Of a DNA stretch of 64,000 nucleotides, positions 43,489 through 53,687 are shown piece after piece. The notes below the pieces were generated by a model that was given only the letters and a program-made list of their open reading frames with translations, searched no databases and was not told the origin of the DNA. The position numbers and the translations under genes are program-made. The DNA is from an uncultured delta proteobacterium (GTDB lineage: Bacteria; Desulfobacterota; Binatia; JACPRU01), in assembly GCA_963745025.1 (NCBI GenBank), contig CAVUWD010000006.1, forward strand, positions 384,001-448,000, read 5' to 3'. Each line of letters opens with the position of its first letter. The first letter of the stretch is position 1.

Positions 43489-44022
43489 TCAGCGCGATTT
43501 GACGGCGTCCTCGATGCCGAGCGTTGCCATCGCGGAGGAACGGTCATCGACGGAGTGGGCGAGGAGGATCAGGTCGCGGAGCTCTCCGGAGCGATCGCGC
43601 ACGTAGTTGCGAAGCAGCGCCTCGGCACCGAAGCCGAGCGCCTGAAACATGGCGATGGCCGGAGTCTGATCGGCGACGACCTCGACGACGATCTGGCGCA
43701 GTCCCAGACCAAGGGCGTCGAGCAATCCACGACGCGCGAGCTGCCGGCCGAGCCCTTGTCGGCGCCGGCTCGGATCCACGACGAGGCGCAGCTCGCCGAC
43801 GTGGCTCGACCAACCGACTCCCGGGATGACGACGACGCAGCCGACGATCCGGTCGCCCTCGACCGCTACCGCGCGCCGCGCGCGTTTGTCTTGCACCCAT
43901 GAAGGGACAATCTGTGGATCGAGGACGTCTTCCTTGAAAAACGTGCGGTCGCCCTCGGGGATACGGTCGAAAAAGGAGCGAAGCGCCTCAGCGTCGTGCG
44001 ACTCGATCGGACGGATCTCCAT
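43489..44022 (-). CDS. GNAT acetyltransferase
   Basis: VDPSRRRQGLGRQL CoA motif, AIAMFQALGF; SD GGGAGG. Confidence 0.88.
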   Translation of the reverse strand: MEIRPIESHDAEALRSFFDRIPEGDRTFFKEDVLDPQIVPSWVQDKRARRAVAVEGDRIVGCVVVIPGVGWSSHVGELRLVVDPSRRRQGLGRQLARRGLLDALGLGLRQIVVEVVADQTPAIAMFQALGFGAEALLRNYVRDRSGELRDLILLAHSVDDRSSAMATLGIEDAVKSR

Positions 44023-44036
44023 CTGGCCTCCCGTGG

Positions 44037-45119
44037 TTAGAGCTCGTCGCTGTGCCGGCGCATCCAATCGATGACCTTCGGTAGCGTGACCTTCCGCGAC
44101 GAGCGGCCGATGAAAAGCCCGACGTGGCCTGCGTCGATGCGCAGCTCTTCGACGTCTTTCGATCCTACGGCCGAGGTGAGCGGCGACGCCGCCTCGATCG
44201 GGGCGAGATGATCCCTCTCGGCAATGACGTTCAGGAACGGGCACGTGATGTCCTTCAGACTGATCGGGCGGCCGCCGAGCCGCATGGTGTCTTTGGCGAG
44301 CCGGTTCTCGCGGCTGAGCATCCGCGTCGTCTGCGCGAAGCACGCTCCAGCGAAAGGAATCTGATCGCGGGCCCATTGATCCACCGCCTGGTAGGCCTCG
44401 AAGAATTCGTCGCTCCAGAGGTTCTCCCAGAGATTCGCGTACGAGGCGATCTGAGCGGTCGGCCGGGCGAGCTGAAACCCGTTGACGATGACGTCGGGGG
44501 GCACGTTGCCCGTCTCGTCGAAGAGCTCCTCCGGCTCGAGACGGCCCGGGTTGAGGACTCCCGGGAAGGCGCTCGCCTTCGAGCTGTCGAAGGGAGTGGC
44601 TGCCGAGATGAGGTTCCGCACCTGTGGTCCGGGATGGCCCGCGGCATAGAGGAGCGAGAGAATGCCGCCGAAGCAGTAGCCGAGCATGGTGACGCCGTCG
44701 GTTTCCGCCTCGGAGCCCGCCGCGGCGACCGCACGCGGCAAGTACTCGTCGCAGTATGTCTCCAGCGTATTACCGGCGTCGACCTCGTCCGGGATTCCCC
44801 AGTCGAGGAGGAACACGTCGAAGCCTGCTTCGAGGAAGTCCTCCACCATGCTGCTGCCCGGCCGCAGGTCGAGGATGTACGAGCGGCTCACCAAGCTCAT
44901 GACGAGGAAGAGCGGCGGCCGGTATCGCCGCTTCTCGCTGTGGAAGCGCCACAGCTGCACCTTGTCGCGAGTCCAGACCGTGTCCTTCGGCGAGCGCCCC
45001 AGATCAGGGCGACCGATGCCGGCCATGTACTTGATGCCGTTCTTCGCTCGGAGTACCGAGCGCTCGACGTCACGCCGTATGCGAGCGGCGAGGTCGCTGG
45101 GGCTGAGGGCGCTGGCCAT
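44037..45119 (-). CDS. phaC: Polyhydroxyalkanoate synthase, class III/IV-sized
   Basis: SYILDLRPG.S, DWG.P, lipase box GYCFGG, AERDHL, GHVGL; 360 aa. Confidence 0.88.
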   Translation of the reverse strand: MASALSPSDLAARIRRDVERSVLRAKNGIKYMAGIGRPDLGRSPKDTVWTRDKVQLWRFHSEKRRYRPPLFLVMSLVSRSYILDLRPGSSMVEDFLEAGFDVFLLDWGIPDEVDAGNTLETYCDEYLPRAVAAAGSEAETDGVTMLGYCFGGILSLLYAAGHPGPQVRNLISAATPFDSSKASAFPGVLNPGRLEPEELFDETGNVPPDVIVNGFQLARPTAQIASYANLWENLWSDEFFEAYQAVDQWARDQIPFAGACFAQTTRMLSRENRLAKDTMRLGGRPISLKDITCPFLNVIAERDHLAPIEAASPLTSAVGSKDVEELRIDAGHVGLFIGRSSRKVTLPKVIDWMRRHSDEL

Positions 45120-45411
45120 GAATCTCCTCCGCGAGTTCGTCGAAGCGCTTGGCGAGATCGCGCAGTCTACGCTCGACCGATGCGACCTGATCGGACAGCC
45201 GCTTCATATCGCTGCCGGCCGGCAGGTTCCAGAAATGAAGCGCCCGTCGCATCGCTCGTTCCGCGCCGCGGGCGACGTCGGTACGGACGCGCATCGCGAC
45301 GGTGGCGACGTCTGCGAACTCGTCGCTCTTCACCGCGGATTCGAGCCCGGGCCCGATCGCCCGTTCCACAGAGTCGAACGCCTTTCTCCACAATGGCCGC
45401 TGATCTGCCAT
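45070..45411 (-). CDS. Small PHA-synthase-associated protein (PhaE/PhaR-subunit-like)
   Basis: NLPAGSDMKRL..QV..VERRL coiled-coil motif; overlaps the phaC start. Confidence 0.6.
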   Translation of the reverse strand: MADQRPLWRKAFDSVERAIGPGLESAVKSDEFADVATVAMRVRTDVARGAERAMRRALHFWNLPAGSDMKRLSDQVASVERRLRDLAKRFDELAEEIHGQRPQPQRPRRSHTA

Positions 45412-45521
45412 GACGCGAACCTCCGTTCCCAACCCCGTTCGTACGTACAGTCGCTGCGTGAAGTCAATCCCGCGTCTGCTAGCCTACCCCGGCCCCGAAC
45501 GGAGCGTGCCCGCCGCGGTGT

Positions 45522-45887
45522 TTACTCGCCGCCGCCGCGCAGGAACCCGCGATAGACCTCGAGCAGGGCTTCCTTCTGCCGTGCGTTGAGCCGCGGATCA
45601 GTGCGGATCGCGGTCTCGACGTCGGCTTCGCCGTTCTCGGCGTTCTCGGCGCTCTCGTCGCCGAGCCAGCCCGCCGCCGCGTAGAGCTTTTCCGGGGGGA
45701 TCCCAAGCGCCGCGGCGATCGATTTGAGGATCGCCGCCGAGGGCTGGTGCAAGCCGCGCTCGATCTGGCTCAGGTACGGGTTGGAGATGCGCGCCAGATT
45801 GGCGAGCTGTCGCAGCGAGAGCCGCGTGATGTCGCGCTGATTGCGAATGAATTCGCCGAGCGGACTGCGGGGCAGGCGTGGTGGCAT
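45522..45887 (-). CDS. XRE-family HTH regulator
   Basis: LSLRQLA..ARISNPYLSQIERGL..PSA.IL, D.RL..RQK.ALLEVY. Confidence 0.9.
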   Translation of the reverse strand: MPPRLPRSPLGEFIRNQRDITRLSLRQLANLARISNPYLSQIERGLHQPSAAILKSIAAALGIPPEKLYAAAGWLGDESAENAENGEADVETAIRTDPRLNARQKEALLEVYRGFLRGGGE

Positions 45888-46040
45888 CGTCGCTCTTATA
45901 CCGCCGCCCGTCCGCCAACCGAGTAGCCCTCTTCACCGTGGATCCTTCGCATGCAAGTTATTTTTGTATCATCGCTTGACATATCTAGCAAGCCCCATTA
46001 TGCTGCGTGTAACGTTGACCCAATGACACAGGAGGTTTCG

Positions 46041-46340
46041 ATGGAGACACTGAAGAGAATCGACGACGCGGGTGAAAATGTGATCGCGGCGGTCCGCACC
46101 GTGCAGGGCTGGATCGCCTCGGCCGCCGAGACGGTCGGAGCGCCGATCGTACGGCGGATTCCCGACCTGCCGCTACCGGAGGCGCTGCGCCCCCCACGCG
46201 CGCGGGACGTCGTCGCGACGACGTTCGGGTTCTGGGAAGGCCTCGCGCGGGCGCAGAACGAATTCACGCTGCGCATTCTCGATGCCTTCGATCCGGCGGC
46301 GTACCGGGCGAAGGCCGCGCGCCATCCCAAGGCTGCTTGA
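46041..46340 (+). CDS. Small amphipathic helical protein (phasin-like?)
   Basis: SD CAGGAGG, Ala/Lys-rich tail, followed by a terminator; function inferred from context only. Confidence 0.6.
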   Translation: METLKRIDDAGENVIAAVRTVQGWIASAAETVGAPIVRRIPDLPLPEALRPPRARDVVATTFGFWEGLARAQNEFTLRILDAFDPAAYRAKAARHPKAA

Positions 46341-46346
46341 GCAGTC

Positions 46347-46386
46347 GTGATCGGCCGGGAGGGCACCCTCCCGGCCGATCACTTTC
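46347..46386 (+). terminator. Terminator-like hairpin
   Basis: 16-bp perfect stem GTGATCGGCCGGGAGG/CCTCCCGGCCGATCAC followed by TTT. Confidence 0.7.
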
Positions 46387-46447
46387 AACGGAGTCCGCGT
46401 CCGGATCTTGCCAGACTCCGCCCGCGGGGCGCGGTATAAGGCGGATC

Positions 46448-47926
46448 ATGGAGCTCGCCGACTCGGTCTGCTACCGCGCGATCGCCACGCGCGACGCGCG
46501 CTTCGACGGCCGCTTCTTCGTCGCCGTACGCACGACCGGGATCTACTGCCGGCCAATTTGCCCCGCTCGGACGCCGAAGCGCGAGAACGTCACGTTTTTC
46601 TCGTGCGCCGCAGCCGCCGAGGCCGCGGGGTTTCGGCCCTGTCTTCGCTGCCGCCCCGAGACGTCACCCGGCACACCGGCTTGGAACGGCACCTCGGCGG
46701 TCGTGTCGCGGGCGCTCCGCCTGATCGAAGACGGCGCGGCCGACGACGGCGGAAGCGAGACGCTTCCCGCCCAGGTCGGACTCGGCGAGCGTCAGCTTCG
46801 CCGCCTCTTCCAGAGGCATCTCGGTGCATCGCCTGCCGAGATCGCCCGGGCGCGGCGCCTTCATTTCGCCAAGACGCTGATCGACGAAACCGCGCTCGGA
46901 ATGACGGACGTCGCGATTTCCACGGGCTTCCGGAACATTCGCGAGCTCAATCATTCGATTCGCAAGACGTTCGGACGCTCGCCGCGCGAGCTTCGCCGGC
47001 AGCGAGCGGACGGGCGCGGGATCGCGGCAGCAAGCGCTCGAGGAGCGCTCACGCTGCGGCTCTCCTACCGCCCGCCGCTCGAATGGCGCGCGCTTCTCGA
47101 ATTCTTCCGCGAGCGCGCTACCCCCGGCGTAGAGGCCGTCGACGAGGAGAGCTATCGGCGAACGATCGTCTGGGGCGGCGTGCCGGGATGGATCGAGGTT
47201 TCGCCGGCCGAGCGCGGCACGCAGCTCGTTCTCCGCGTGGAGCTGTCGACCGTTCGCGGCCTCATCCAGCTCGCCGAGCGCGTGCGGCGGATGTTCGACC
47301 TCAATGCCGATCCGCTGCGCGTCGCCGCGGGGCTTTCCCGAGAGCCGTACCTCCGGAGGCTCGTCCGCGCACGACCCGGGTTGCGTGTACCCGGAGCGTG
47401 GGAGGGATTCGAGCTCGCCGTGCGCGCGATTCTCGGCCAACAGATTACGGTGCGGGCTGCGACGACGCTCGCCGGCCGCCTGGTCCAGCGCTTCGGCCGG
47501 TCCGTCGAGAGCTCCGTGCCGAGCCTCACCCATCTCTTCCCCGATCCGCAGACGCTCGCGAACGCCGACCTCACCGGACTCGGGCTCACGAGATCTCGCG
47601 CCGAGACGATCCGCGGCCTTGCCCGCGCCGTCGCCGCCGGCACACTGACGCTCGACGCTTCGCGCGGCCTCGAGGACGGAGTCGCGCGCCTCGCCGCGCT
47701 TCCCGGTATCGGCGAATGGACGGCCCAGTACGTCGCGCTGCGCGCCTTCGGCGAGCCCGATGCGTTTCCCGTCGGTGATCTCGGCCTCCGGCGCGCGCTG
47801 GCAACCGGCAACGGCATGCCATCGACGCGAGCGGTCGCCTTGATCGCCGAAGCGTGGCGGCCGTGGCGAGCGTACGCCGCCATTCACCTCTGGACGAGCG
47901 AGCCTGCGAAAGAGAAGCGATCGTGA
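46448..47926 (+). CDS. alkA: Ada Zn-domain/AraC - AlkA DNA-3-methyladenine glycosylase fusion
   Basis: RDARFDG.FF.AV.TTGIYCRP.C, GFRPCLRCRP, RAILGQQ, HhH LPGIGEWTA, DLG, WRPWRAYA. Confidence 0.93.
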   Translation: MELADSVCYRAIATRDARFDGRFFVAVRTTGIYCRPICPARTPKRENVTFFSCAAAAEAAGFRPCLRCRPETSPGTPAWNGTSAVVSRALRLIEDGAADDGGSETLPAQVGLGERQLRRLFQRHLGASPAEIARARRLHFAKTLIDETALGMTDVAISTGFRNIRELNHSIRKTFGRSPRELRRQRADGRGIAAASARGALTLRLSYRPPLEWRALLEFFRERATPGVEAVDEESYRRTIVWGGVPGWIEVSPAERGTQLVLRVELSTVRGLIQLAERVRRMFDLNADPLRVAAGLSREPYLRRLVRARPGLRVPGAWEGFELAVRAILGQQITVRAATTLAGRLVQRFGRSVESSVPSLTHLFPDPQTLANADLTGLGLTRSRAETIRGLARAVAAGTLTLDASRGLEDGVARLAALPGIGEWTAQYVALRAFGEPDAFPVGDLGLRRALATGNGMPSTRAVALIAEAWRPWRAYAAIHLWTSEPAKEKRS

Positions 47927-48474
47927 TCATCATCGAGACCGCCGAGCTCGCGTCGCCGATCGGAACCGTCGTGCTCGCCGTCCATGAGGGGTGTCTGTGC
48001 GCTCTCGGCTTCCACGACCACTGGCCACGACTCGAGCGGGCGCTGCGGCGGCGATTCCCTGGAGCCGAGCTCCGGCGGTCGGGCGATCCCGCGGGAACCG
48101 TCGGCCGATTGCGGGCGTACTTTCAGGGCCACTTTGCCGCGCTCGATTCCATCCCGCTCGATCTCGGCGGCACGCCGTTCCAGCAAAAGCTGTGGACACG
48201 ACTCTGCGCGATCCCGTGCGGCCAGACCGTCTCATATCGGGACCTCGCCACGGCGATCGGTGCGCCCACCGCCGTGCGCGCCGTCGGAGCTGCCAACGGT
48301 GCGAACCCGGTGTCGATCGTCGTCCCGTGCCACCGTGTTATCGGCGTCAACGGAAGTCTCACCGGCTACGGAGGCGGCATCGAACGCAAGCGGTGGTTGC
48401 TCGAACACGAGGGAGCGCTGGAGAAGACCGGGCGACGGGCTACAGGAAAGGCGTCGCGGAATCCCCTCCCATAG
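47923..48474 (+). CDS. ogt: Methylated-DNA-protein-cysteine methyltransferase
   Basis: GTPFQ, RAVG.ANG.NP, active site PCHRV, LLEHE; GTGA overlap. Confidence 0.95.
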   Translation: MIIIETAELASPIGTVVLAVHEGCLCALGFHDHWPRLERALRRRFPGAELRRSGDPAGTVGRLRAYFQGHFAALDSIPLDLGGTPFQQKLWTRLCAIPCGQTVSYRDLATAIGAPTAVRAVGAANGANPVSIVVPCHRVIGVNGSLTGYGGGIERKRWLLEHEGALEKTGRRATGKASRNPLP

Positions 48475-48656
48475 CCCGGGACTCGCGCGACGGAAGTTCC
48501 GGGTTCCATCTGACGCGGCGACTGTCGGCGTAAGGCTCGTGACCCCACCCGAAAGGGTCGTCTCCTCTCCAAGCCGATCAGGACTGCAACAGAGTCGGGT
48601 TGTGGCGGAAGGAGATCACATTTCGAGGAATCGCTCTATGCCTTTTCACCACACCC

Positions 48657-49148
48657 TCACTTCCGATGTTGACGTGGGGCCTCGTCCATCGACGGCTGAG
48701 ATGCGGGCCGCCGCGCGTAAATGCCTCGAGTGATCATCGTCATCACCTTCTCGCCCTTCTGGTTGAAGACCTCGTAGCTCGCGCGCATGTGCCCGCGATC
48801 GGGCTTGGAGCGTGACGGAACGACATCGAGGATCACGGCGCGCGCGGTCAGCGTGTCGCCCGGACGGACCGGCTTCAACCAACGAATCTCGTCCGTGCCG
48901 GGGGAGCCCATGCTGGCGGCACCCGCGACCATTCCATCCACGAGTAGGCGCATCAGCATCGCGGTCGTGTGCCAGCCGCTGGCGATGAGGCCGCCGTAGA
49001 TCGATTGCCGCGCGGCCTCTTCATCGACGTGGAACGGCTGCGGGTCGTAGCGGCGGGCGAACTCCAGGATTTCCTCCCGGCTGACGTGACAGCTGCCGAG
49101 CTCGAAGGTTTCACCGACCTTGAAGTCCTCGAGATACCTCTTCTCCAT
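48657..49148 (-). CDS. MaoC-family dehydratase
   Basis: [31 protein letters not shown]. Confidence 0.9.
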   Translation of the reverse strand: MEKRYLEDFKVGETFELGSCHVSREEILEFARRYDPQPFHVDEEAARQSIYGGLIASGWHTTAMLMRLLVDGMVAGAASMGSPGTDEIRWLKPVRPGDTLTARAVILDVVPSRSKPDRGHMRASYEVFNQKGEKVMTMITRGIYARRPASQPSMDEAPRQHRK

Positions 49149-49507
49149 TGGTCCCTTCTGGCGGACGCCGCGAAGCGAGGAAAGCCCCCACCAGTCGATC
49201 AATCAGTTGATGAGACCCGCGGGCGATCGCAGCGCTCGCCGAGATCGCCGGGGCGCTGCGCTGGAGCGCGTCTTCGACCCGCGACGACTTCACGGGTCCC
49301 TGATCGGCGAGCAGGACGTTTCGCCGAACTGGCTGCCGACGTGACTGCGAACCGGCCTCCACGTGCCGATGAAGCCGACGAACAGGGGTCGATTACGCGA
49401 CCTTCGGCGGCGCCAACAGCATCACCGTCGTGCTGCAGGTGAAGGAACGGATCGTGGACGCGAGGATCATCATGCGGCGGCGGGGACGGCCTTCGACGTC
49501 GAGCGGC

Positions 49508-50527
49508 TCACAGCGGCGCTTGCGAGAAGTGCATTTCCTTTCCGTTTACGGCGAACGTAGCCCCGGCGGCGCCGACCAGCATGCCCTGGCCGGATGGCAA
49601 GACGCTCAGACCACGGACCCATGAGAGCCTCCACTCGGAAGGCAACAGAGATTTCGTCCATGTCTCTCCTCCGTCCTCGCTCACGAGAACGTTTCCGACG
49701 TCGCCGACGATGTAACCCTTGTCGCCACGGATCTTGATGTCGTAGAGCGCGGGGTTATTCAGCAGATCCATGACGCCGATCGCTTCGAAGCCCGCCAATT
49801 CCCCTTGGCCCCGTTGGATCTCCCAGCTCGCGCCGCCGTCCTTCGTGCGCGCGACGAGCCCGTCGATCCCAACCGCCCAGACCTTGTCCTTCGAGACGGC
49901 CGTCAGGCCGAAGAACGTCTTCTGCGTGGCCACCTGCTGCTGCACCCAAGTCTTGCCACCGTCGGTCGTATGCCGGATGGCGCCGAACTCGCCGACCGTC
50001 CAGCCGTTGTCGCGATCCGCGAAATCAATCGCGTAGATGATCTGATCTTCACCGAGCGAGCGGTCTTCCCAGGTCGTGCCGCCATCGCCTGTGTGCACCA
50101 TCACCCCCCAGTCGCCGACCGCCCACCCTTCGCGAGCATCGAGAAAACGCACGTTGAAGAGATGCTTGCGCGTGTTGCTCTGCTGATCCACCCAATGAGC
50201 GCCGCCGTCGGAGGTGTTGAGGATCTCGCCGCTTCGACCAACCGCCCAGCCGTTCCTCACGTCGGTGAACGAGACGCCGTAAAGATGCTGCGTCGTCGGC
50301 GTCTGCTGCTGTTGCCAGTGCTTGCCTCCGTCGCTCGTGTGATAGATGGCGCCGAAGACGCCGACGGCCCATCCCGCGTTCGCATCGATGAATTGGGTGT
50401 CGTAGAGATCTTCGAGGATCTGCGACCGCGCTTTGATATCCTGGGCGACGGCTGCCTGCGAGGCGCAAGACAAGACGGCCGTCAGTGCCGCCGGCACGAA
50501 GGCACGTCGCACGGTTTGAGCGAGCAT
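49508..50527 (-). CDS. Secreted YCF48/BNR-repeat beta-propeller protein
   Basis: Signal peptide; repeated GWAVG...T.DGG..W. Confidence 0.9.
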   Translation of the reverse strand: MLAQTVRRAFVPAALTAVLSCASQAAVAQDIKARSQILEDLYDTQFIDANAGWAVGVFGAIYHTSDGGKHWQQQQTPTTQHLYGVSFTDVRNGWAVGRSGEILNTSDGGAHWVDQQSNTRKHLFNVRFLDAREGWAVGDWGVMVHTGDGGTTWEDRSLGEDQIIYAIDFADRDNGWTVGEFGAIRHTTDGGKTWVQQQVATQKTFFGLTAVSKDKVWAVGIDGLVARTKDGGASWEIQRGQGELAGFEAIGVMDLLNNPALYDIKIRGDKGYIVGDVGNVLVSEDGGETWTKSLLPSEWRLSWVRGLSVLPSGQGMLVGAAGATFAVNGKEMHFSQAPL

Positions 50528-50567
50528 CGAAACCTCCCGAGGAGTCGGGTGACAGCTAGGTCAAGCG

Positions 50568-50595
50568 ATTGATTCATGTCAAATTGATTCAATCA
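50568..50595 (-). promoter_or_regulatory. AT-rich operator/promoter-like site upstream of the YCF48 gene
   Basis: ATTGATTCA twice (50568, 50583), palindrome TGATT-C-AATCA, and TTGACA on the minus strand (50582-50577). Confidence 0.4.
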
Positions 50596-51401
50596 CGTGC
50601 TCGAGGACAACCTGCCGTCGCCGCGCATCGCGCGCGCCGGTTCGGCGGCAAGCAGACGGAGACGTACTTGATGTTTGAGAAGATGCTGTGAACGGTTGTC
50701 GGCGATCCCTTTCGGCTATCAGGTATCAGTTTTCAGTTCATCTTCGATGCCGCCAAGACCCCGACGCCCGCCGTAGGGCCCCCTGAGCGCTTGCTCGAAG
50801 TGGTCGGGTCGCGATAAAAGATCGTAGGATGTCCGTGCGCCGGCGAAGGGCCGGAGCGATGGACGATTCGACGGTTCGTTGAGGTCGACAAATCCGCTCG
50901 TCGTAGACGCGGAGGGTCACTGGGTCGAACCGCGGCATGTGTGTCGGTAGTACCTGGAGCTGCGAGAGCGCACGCCGTCGATCGAGCGCGTGAGGACGGA
51001 TGGGAGGACTTCGTCATCGAGGGCAAAACCTCTTCCCGCGTTGGGAGTCAACAGGATCTCGGAGCGCTCGGCGTGAGGACCGACACTTCCGACAAGGACA
51101 ATTGGTCAGCGGATCCGGGAAATCCACCGGGCGCTTTACACGGCCCTCTGCCGGGCCTACAAGGGAACCGTCGGATTATCGCTCGGCCGGGGCGCAATGT
51201 CTGTTTGGAGCAGCGATGATTCCGGTCGCCGACGTGGCAACGGCGGTAGTCGAGATCGAAGTTTCGGTCCGGCGGCACGGTTACCGAATTGCGCTTTTGC
51301 GGAGCCGGATCCGCGGCAGGGCGGGAAGCTCTACGATCGGGTGTGCGAGCCTCGGTGAGAAGGCTCCACGCCTCTACTCCCTGCTCATGTAGATCGAGAT
51401 C

Positions 51402-53330
51402 GTGGCCGACGAAGAACAAAAGACGACCTGGTCCGAAACGGCACCGTCCGCTGTGGTGAACGCGGAGGCCCCGAACGACCGCATGGCAGAAGCGCCCGCG
51501 AGTGACGCGCCCGCCATCGCCGGCCAAAACGCGGTGCGTCCTGCGGGAGAAGGGCATCGTCGGCGGCGACGGCGGCGACGGCGGCACCACCACGGCCCGC
51601 ATACGAACGGCGCTCCAGCCGCGGCGGCCGCCGAGCGCACCCCTTCGCGCCCGCCGAACGAGATCGATCTCGCCGCCCGCCGGCTCGGCATCCAACAGCT
51701 CTACGGGGAGCAGGAGCGGGTGATCCGCGCCGCGCTGGCGGGGCGCGAAGTGCTCGTCGTGCTGCCGACCGGATTCGGCAAGTCGGCCTGCTACCAGATT
51801 CCTTCGATGGTGCTGCCGAAGCCCGTAGTGCTGATTTCGCCGCTGCTCGCGCTGCTCCGCGACCAACACGAGAAGCTCTTGAAGCACAACATCCCGTGCG
51901 TGCGGCTCGACGGTACGGTCCGCGGAAAGGTTCGTCGCGAAGCGCTCGAGCGAATCAGCGCGGGCGGGTCACTGCTGGTCATGACGACTCCCGAGACGCT
52001 CGGCTCGGCCGAAGGGGCCGAGGCGCTCCGGCAGTCGGGTATCAGTCTCGCCGCCATCGACGAGGCGCACTGCATCTCGGCGTGGGGCCACGATTTCCGC
52101 CCCGCCTACTTGCAGATCGGCGAGCGCTTGCGCGAGCTCGGGGCGCCGCCGATCATGGCACTGACGGCGACCGCGACCGAGAATGTCCGCGAAGATATCG
52201 TCCGCTTCCTCCGCCTGAAGGACCCCGAGCTGGTCGCCGCCTCGCCGCACCGCGCGAACCTCGCCTTCGAGGTGCTCGAGAGCCGCTCCGAAGCCCGACT
52301 GCGCGCGCTCATGCGCTTCGCCAAACGCCTGCGTCGGCCCGGCATCATCTACTGCTCGACCACCCGCGAGGTCGACAACGTGTACCTGGCCCTGCAGATG
52401 CTGCGCATCCCCGCGCACCGCTATCACGGCAAGATGAACGGCGGCGACCGCAACCAGGAGCAGGAGATGTACATGAAGGCGGGACGGCGCACGGTCATGG
52501 TCGCGACCAGCGCGTTCGGCCTCGGCATCGATAAGCCCGACATCCGCTACATCGTCCACTACCAGGCCCCCGCCTCGCTCGAGCAGTACGTGCAGGAGGC
52601 TGGACGAGCCGGACGCGACGGCAACAAGGCGAACTGCATCCTGCTCTACGATCCGGACGATCGCACGATCCACGAGGCGTTGCTCGCCAAGAGCCGCGTG
52701 CGCCCCGATCAGCTCTTCAGGCTGGGCACGGCGCTCGCAGCGTGGAGGGGCGAAGGCCGAACACCGGATCTCGACGCGCTGGCGCTCTCCGCCCAGCTCT
52801 CGAGCCGCGTCACCGAGGCGCTGCTCGCGGTGCTCGAAGAGGCGGGGATCGTCTCGATCGGCGACGGCGGACCGATTCAGATCCTCGCCCCGGCCGAGTC
52901 GATCGAAGATCAGTCGCGAAGTCTCGCCGGCCAGTTCGAGACCCTGCGCACGCAGGATGGTCGGCGCCTCGATCGCATCGGCGAGTATGCGGGAAGCACC
53001 GAATGCCGCGCTGTCTTTCTGCGCCGTTACTTCGGCGAAGAGGACGGCGCGACGTGCGGCCTCTGCGACGTCTGCCGCGGGCGCCCCGAGCGACCGGAAA
53101 GCTTTTGGGAGCCGATTGCACAGCCCGAGCATCGCCGGAAGAAGCGGCGACATCGTCGCGGTCGGCGACGCGGCGGAGCCGGGCCGGTGCGCGCGCAAGG
53201 CGCTCCGAAGGTGGCCCCCGGGGAGCGCACCTCCACCTCTCCCGGTGCCCTCCCCGAGGCTCCCGAGCAGACGGACCTACCTGCCAACGGCGAGGACGCG
53301 GGGGAGTGGATCGAGGGCGACGGGGATTGA
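51402..53330 (+). CDS. RecQ-family DNA helicase with Arg-rich termini
   Basis: LPTGFGKS.CYQ, IDEAHCIS.WGHDFRP, ALTATA, AFGLGIDK, QEAGRAGRDG, CR....YFGE..CGLCDVC; no HRDC visible. Confidence 0.92.
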   Translation: MADEEQKTTWSETAPSAVVNAEAPNDRMAEAPASDAPAIAGQNAVRPAGEGHRRRRRRRRRHHHGPHTNGAPAAAAAERTPSRPPNEIDLAARRLGIQQLYGEQERVIRAALAGREVLVVLPTGFGKSACYQIPSMVLPKPVVLISPLLALLRDQHEKLLKHNIPCVRLDGTVRGKVRREALERISAGGSLLVMTTPETLGSAEGAEALRQSGISLAAIDEAHCISAWGHDFRPAYLQIGERLRELGAPPIMALTATATENVREDIVRFLRLKDPELVAASPHRANLAFEVLESRSEARLRALMRFAKRLRRPGIIYCSTTREVDNVYLALQMLRIPAHRYHGKMNGGDRNQEQEMYMKAGRRTVMVATSAFGLGIDKPDIRYIVHYQAPASLEQYVQEAGRAGRDGNKANCILLYDPDDRTIHEALLAKSRVRPDQLFRLGTALAAWRGEGRTPDLDALALSAQLSSRVTEALLAVLEEAGIVSIGDGGPIQILAPAESIEDQSRSLAGQFETLRTQDGRRLDRIGEYAGSTECRAVFLRRYFGEEDGATCGLCDVCRGRPERPESFWEPIAQPEHRRKKRRHRRGRRRGGAGPVRAQGAPKVAPGERTSTSPGALPEAPEQTDLPANGEDAGEWIEGDGD

Positions 53331-53687
53331 AGAGGTTCTCCGGTGTCCAGTCTCCGGCGAGAAACATCGTGGCCGCTGTTGAGGACTAGCGACCGTCGTG
53401 TTGCCGGCGTACGGGTGACTTGTTAGGCGGAAACGCTTCTGACTGCTTCGATCACGGGAAGACTGCCGCGGTCCCCCGGCTCGAGGCTGAGCTCAGCTGC
53501 TACGTTCTGCGACGCGAACCGAATGCCTATCGGCGCTCGCCCACCTGCGCCGCAACAAGAAGATCGACGCCGACGACGAGGCTCTAACCAAGCGCTTGCT
53601 CTTTCGCCTCCCGGCCGAGTGGACCGAGATCGCGCCCGACACACGTTTGCGCGACCGGGCCGAGCGCCTGCTGTGGGTGGACGTTCC

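Noticed and set aside
50600-51400. ORFs in the gap between the YCF48 gene and recQ
   Set aside because: The short overlapping ORFs have no recognisable motifs or good RBS; possibly decayed DNA, but no call is supportable.
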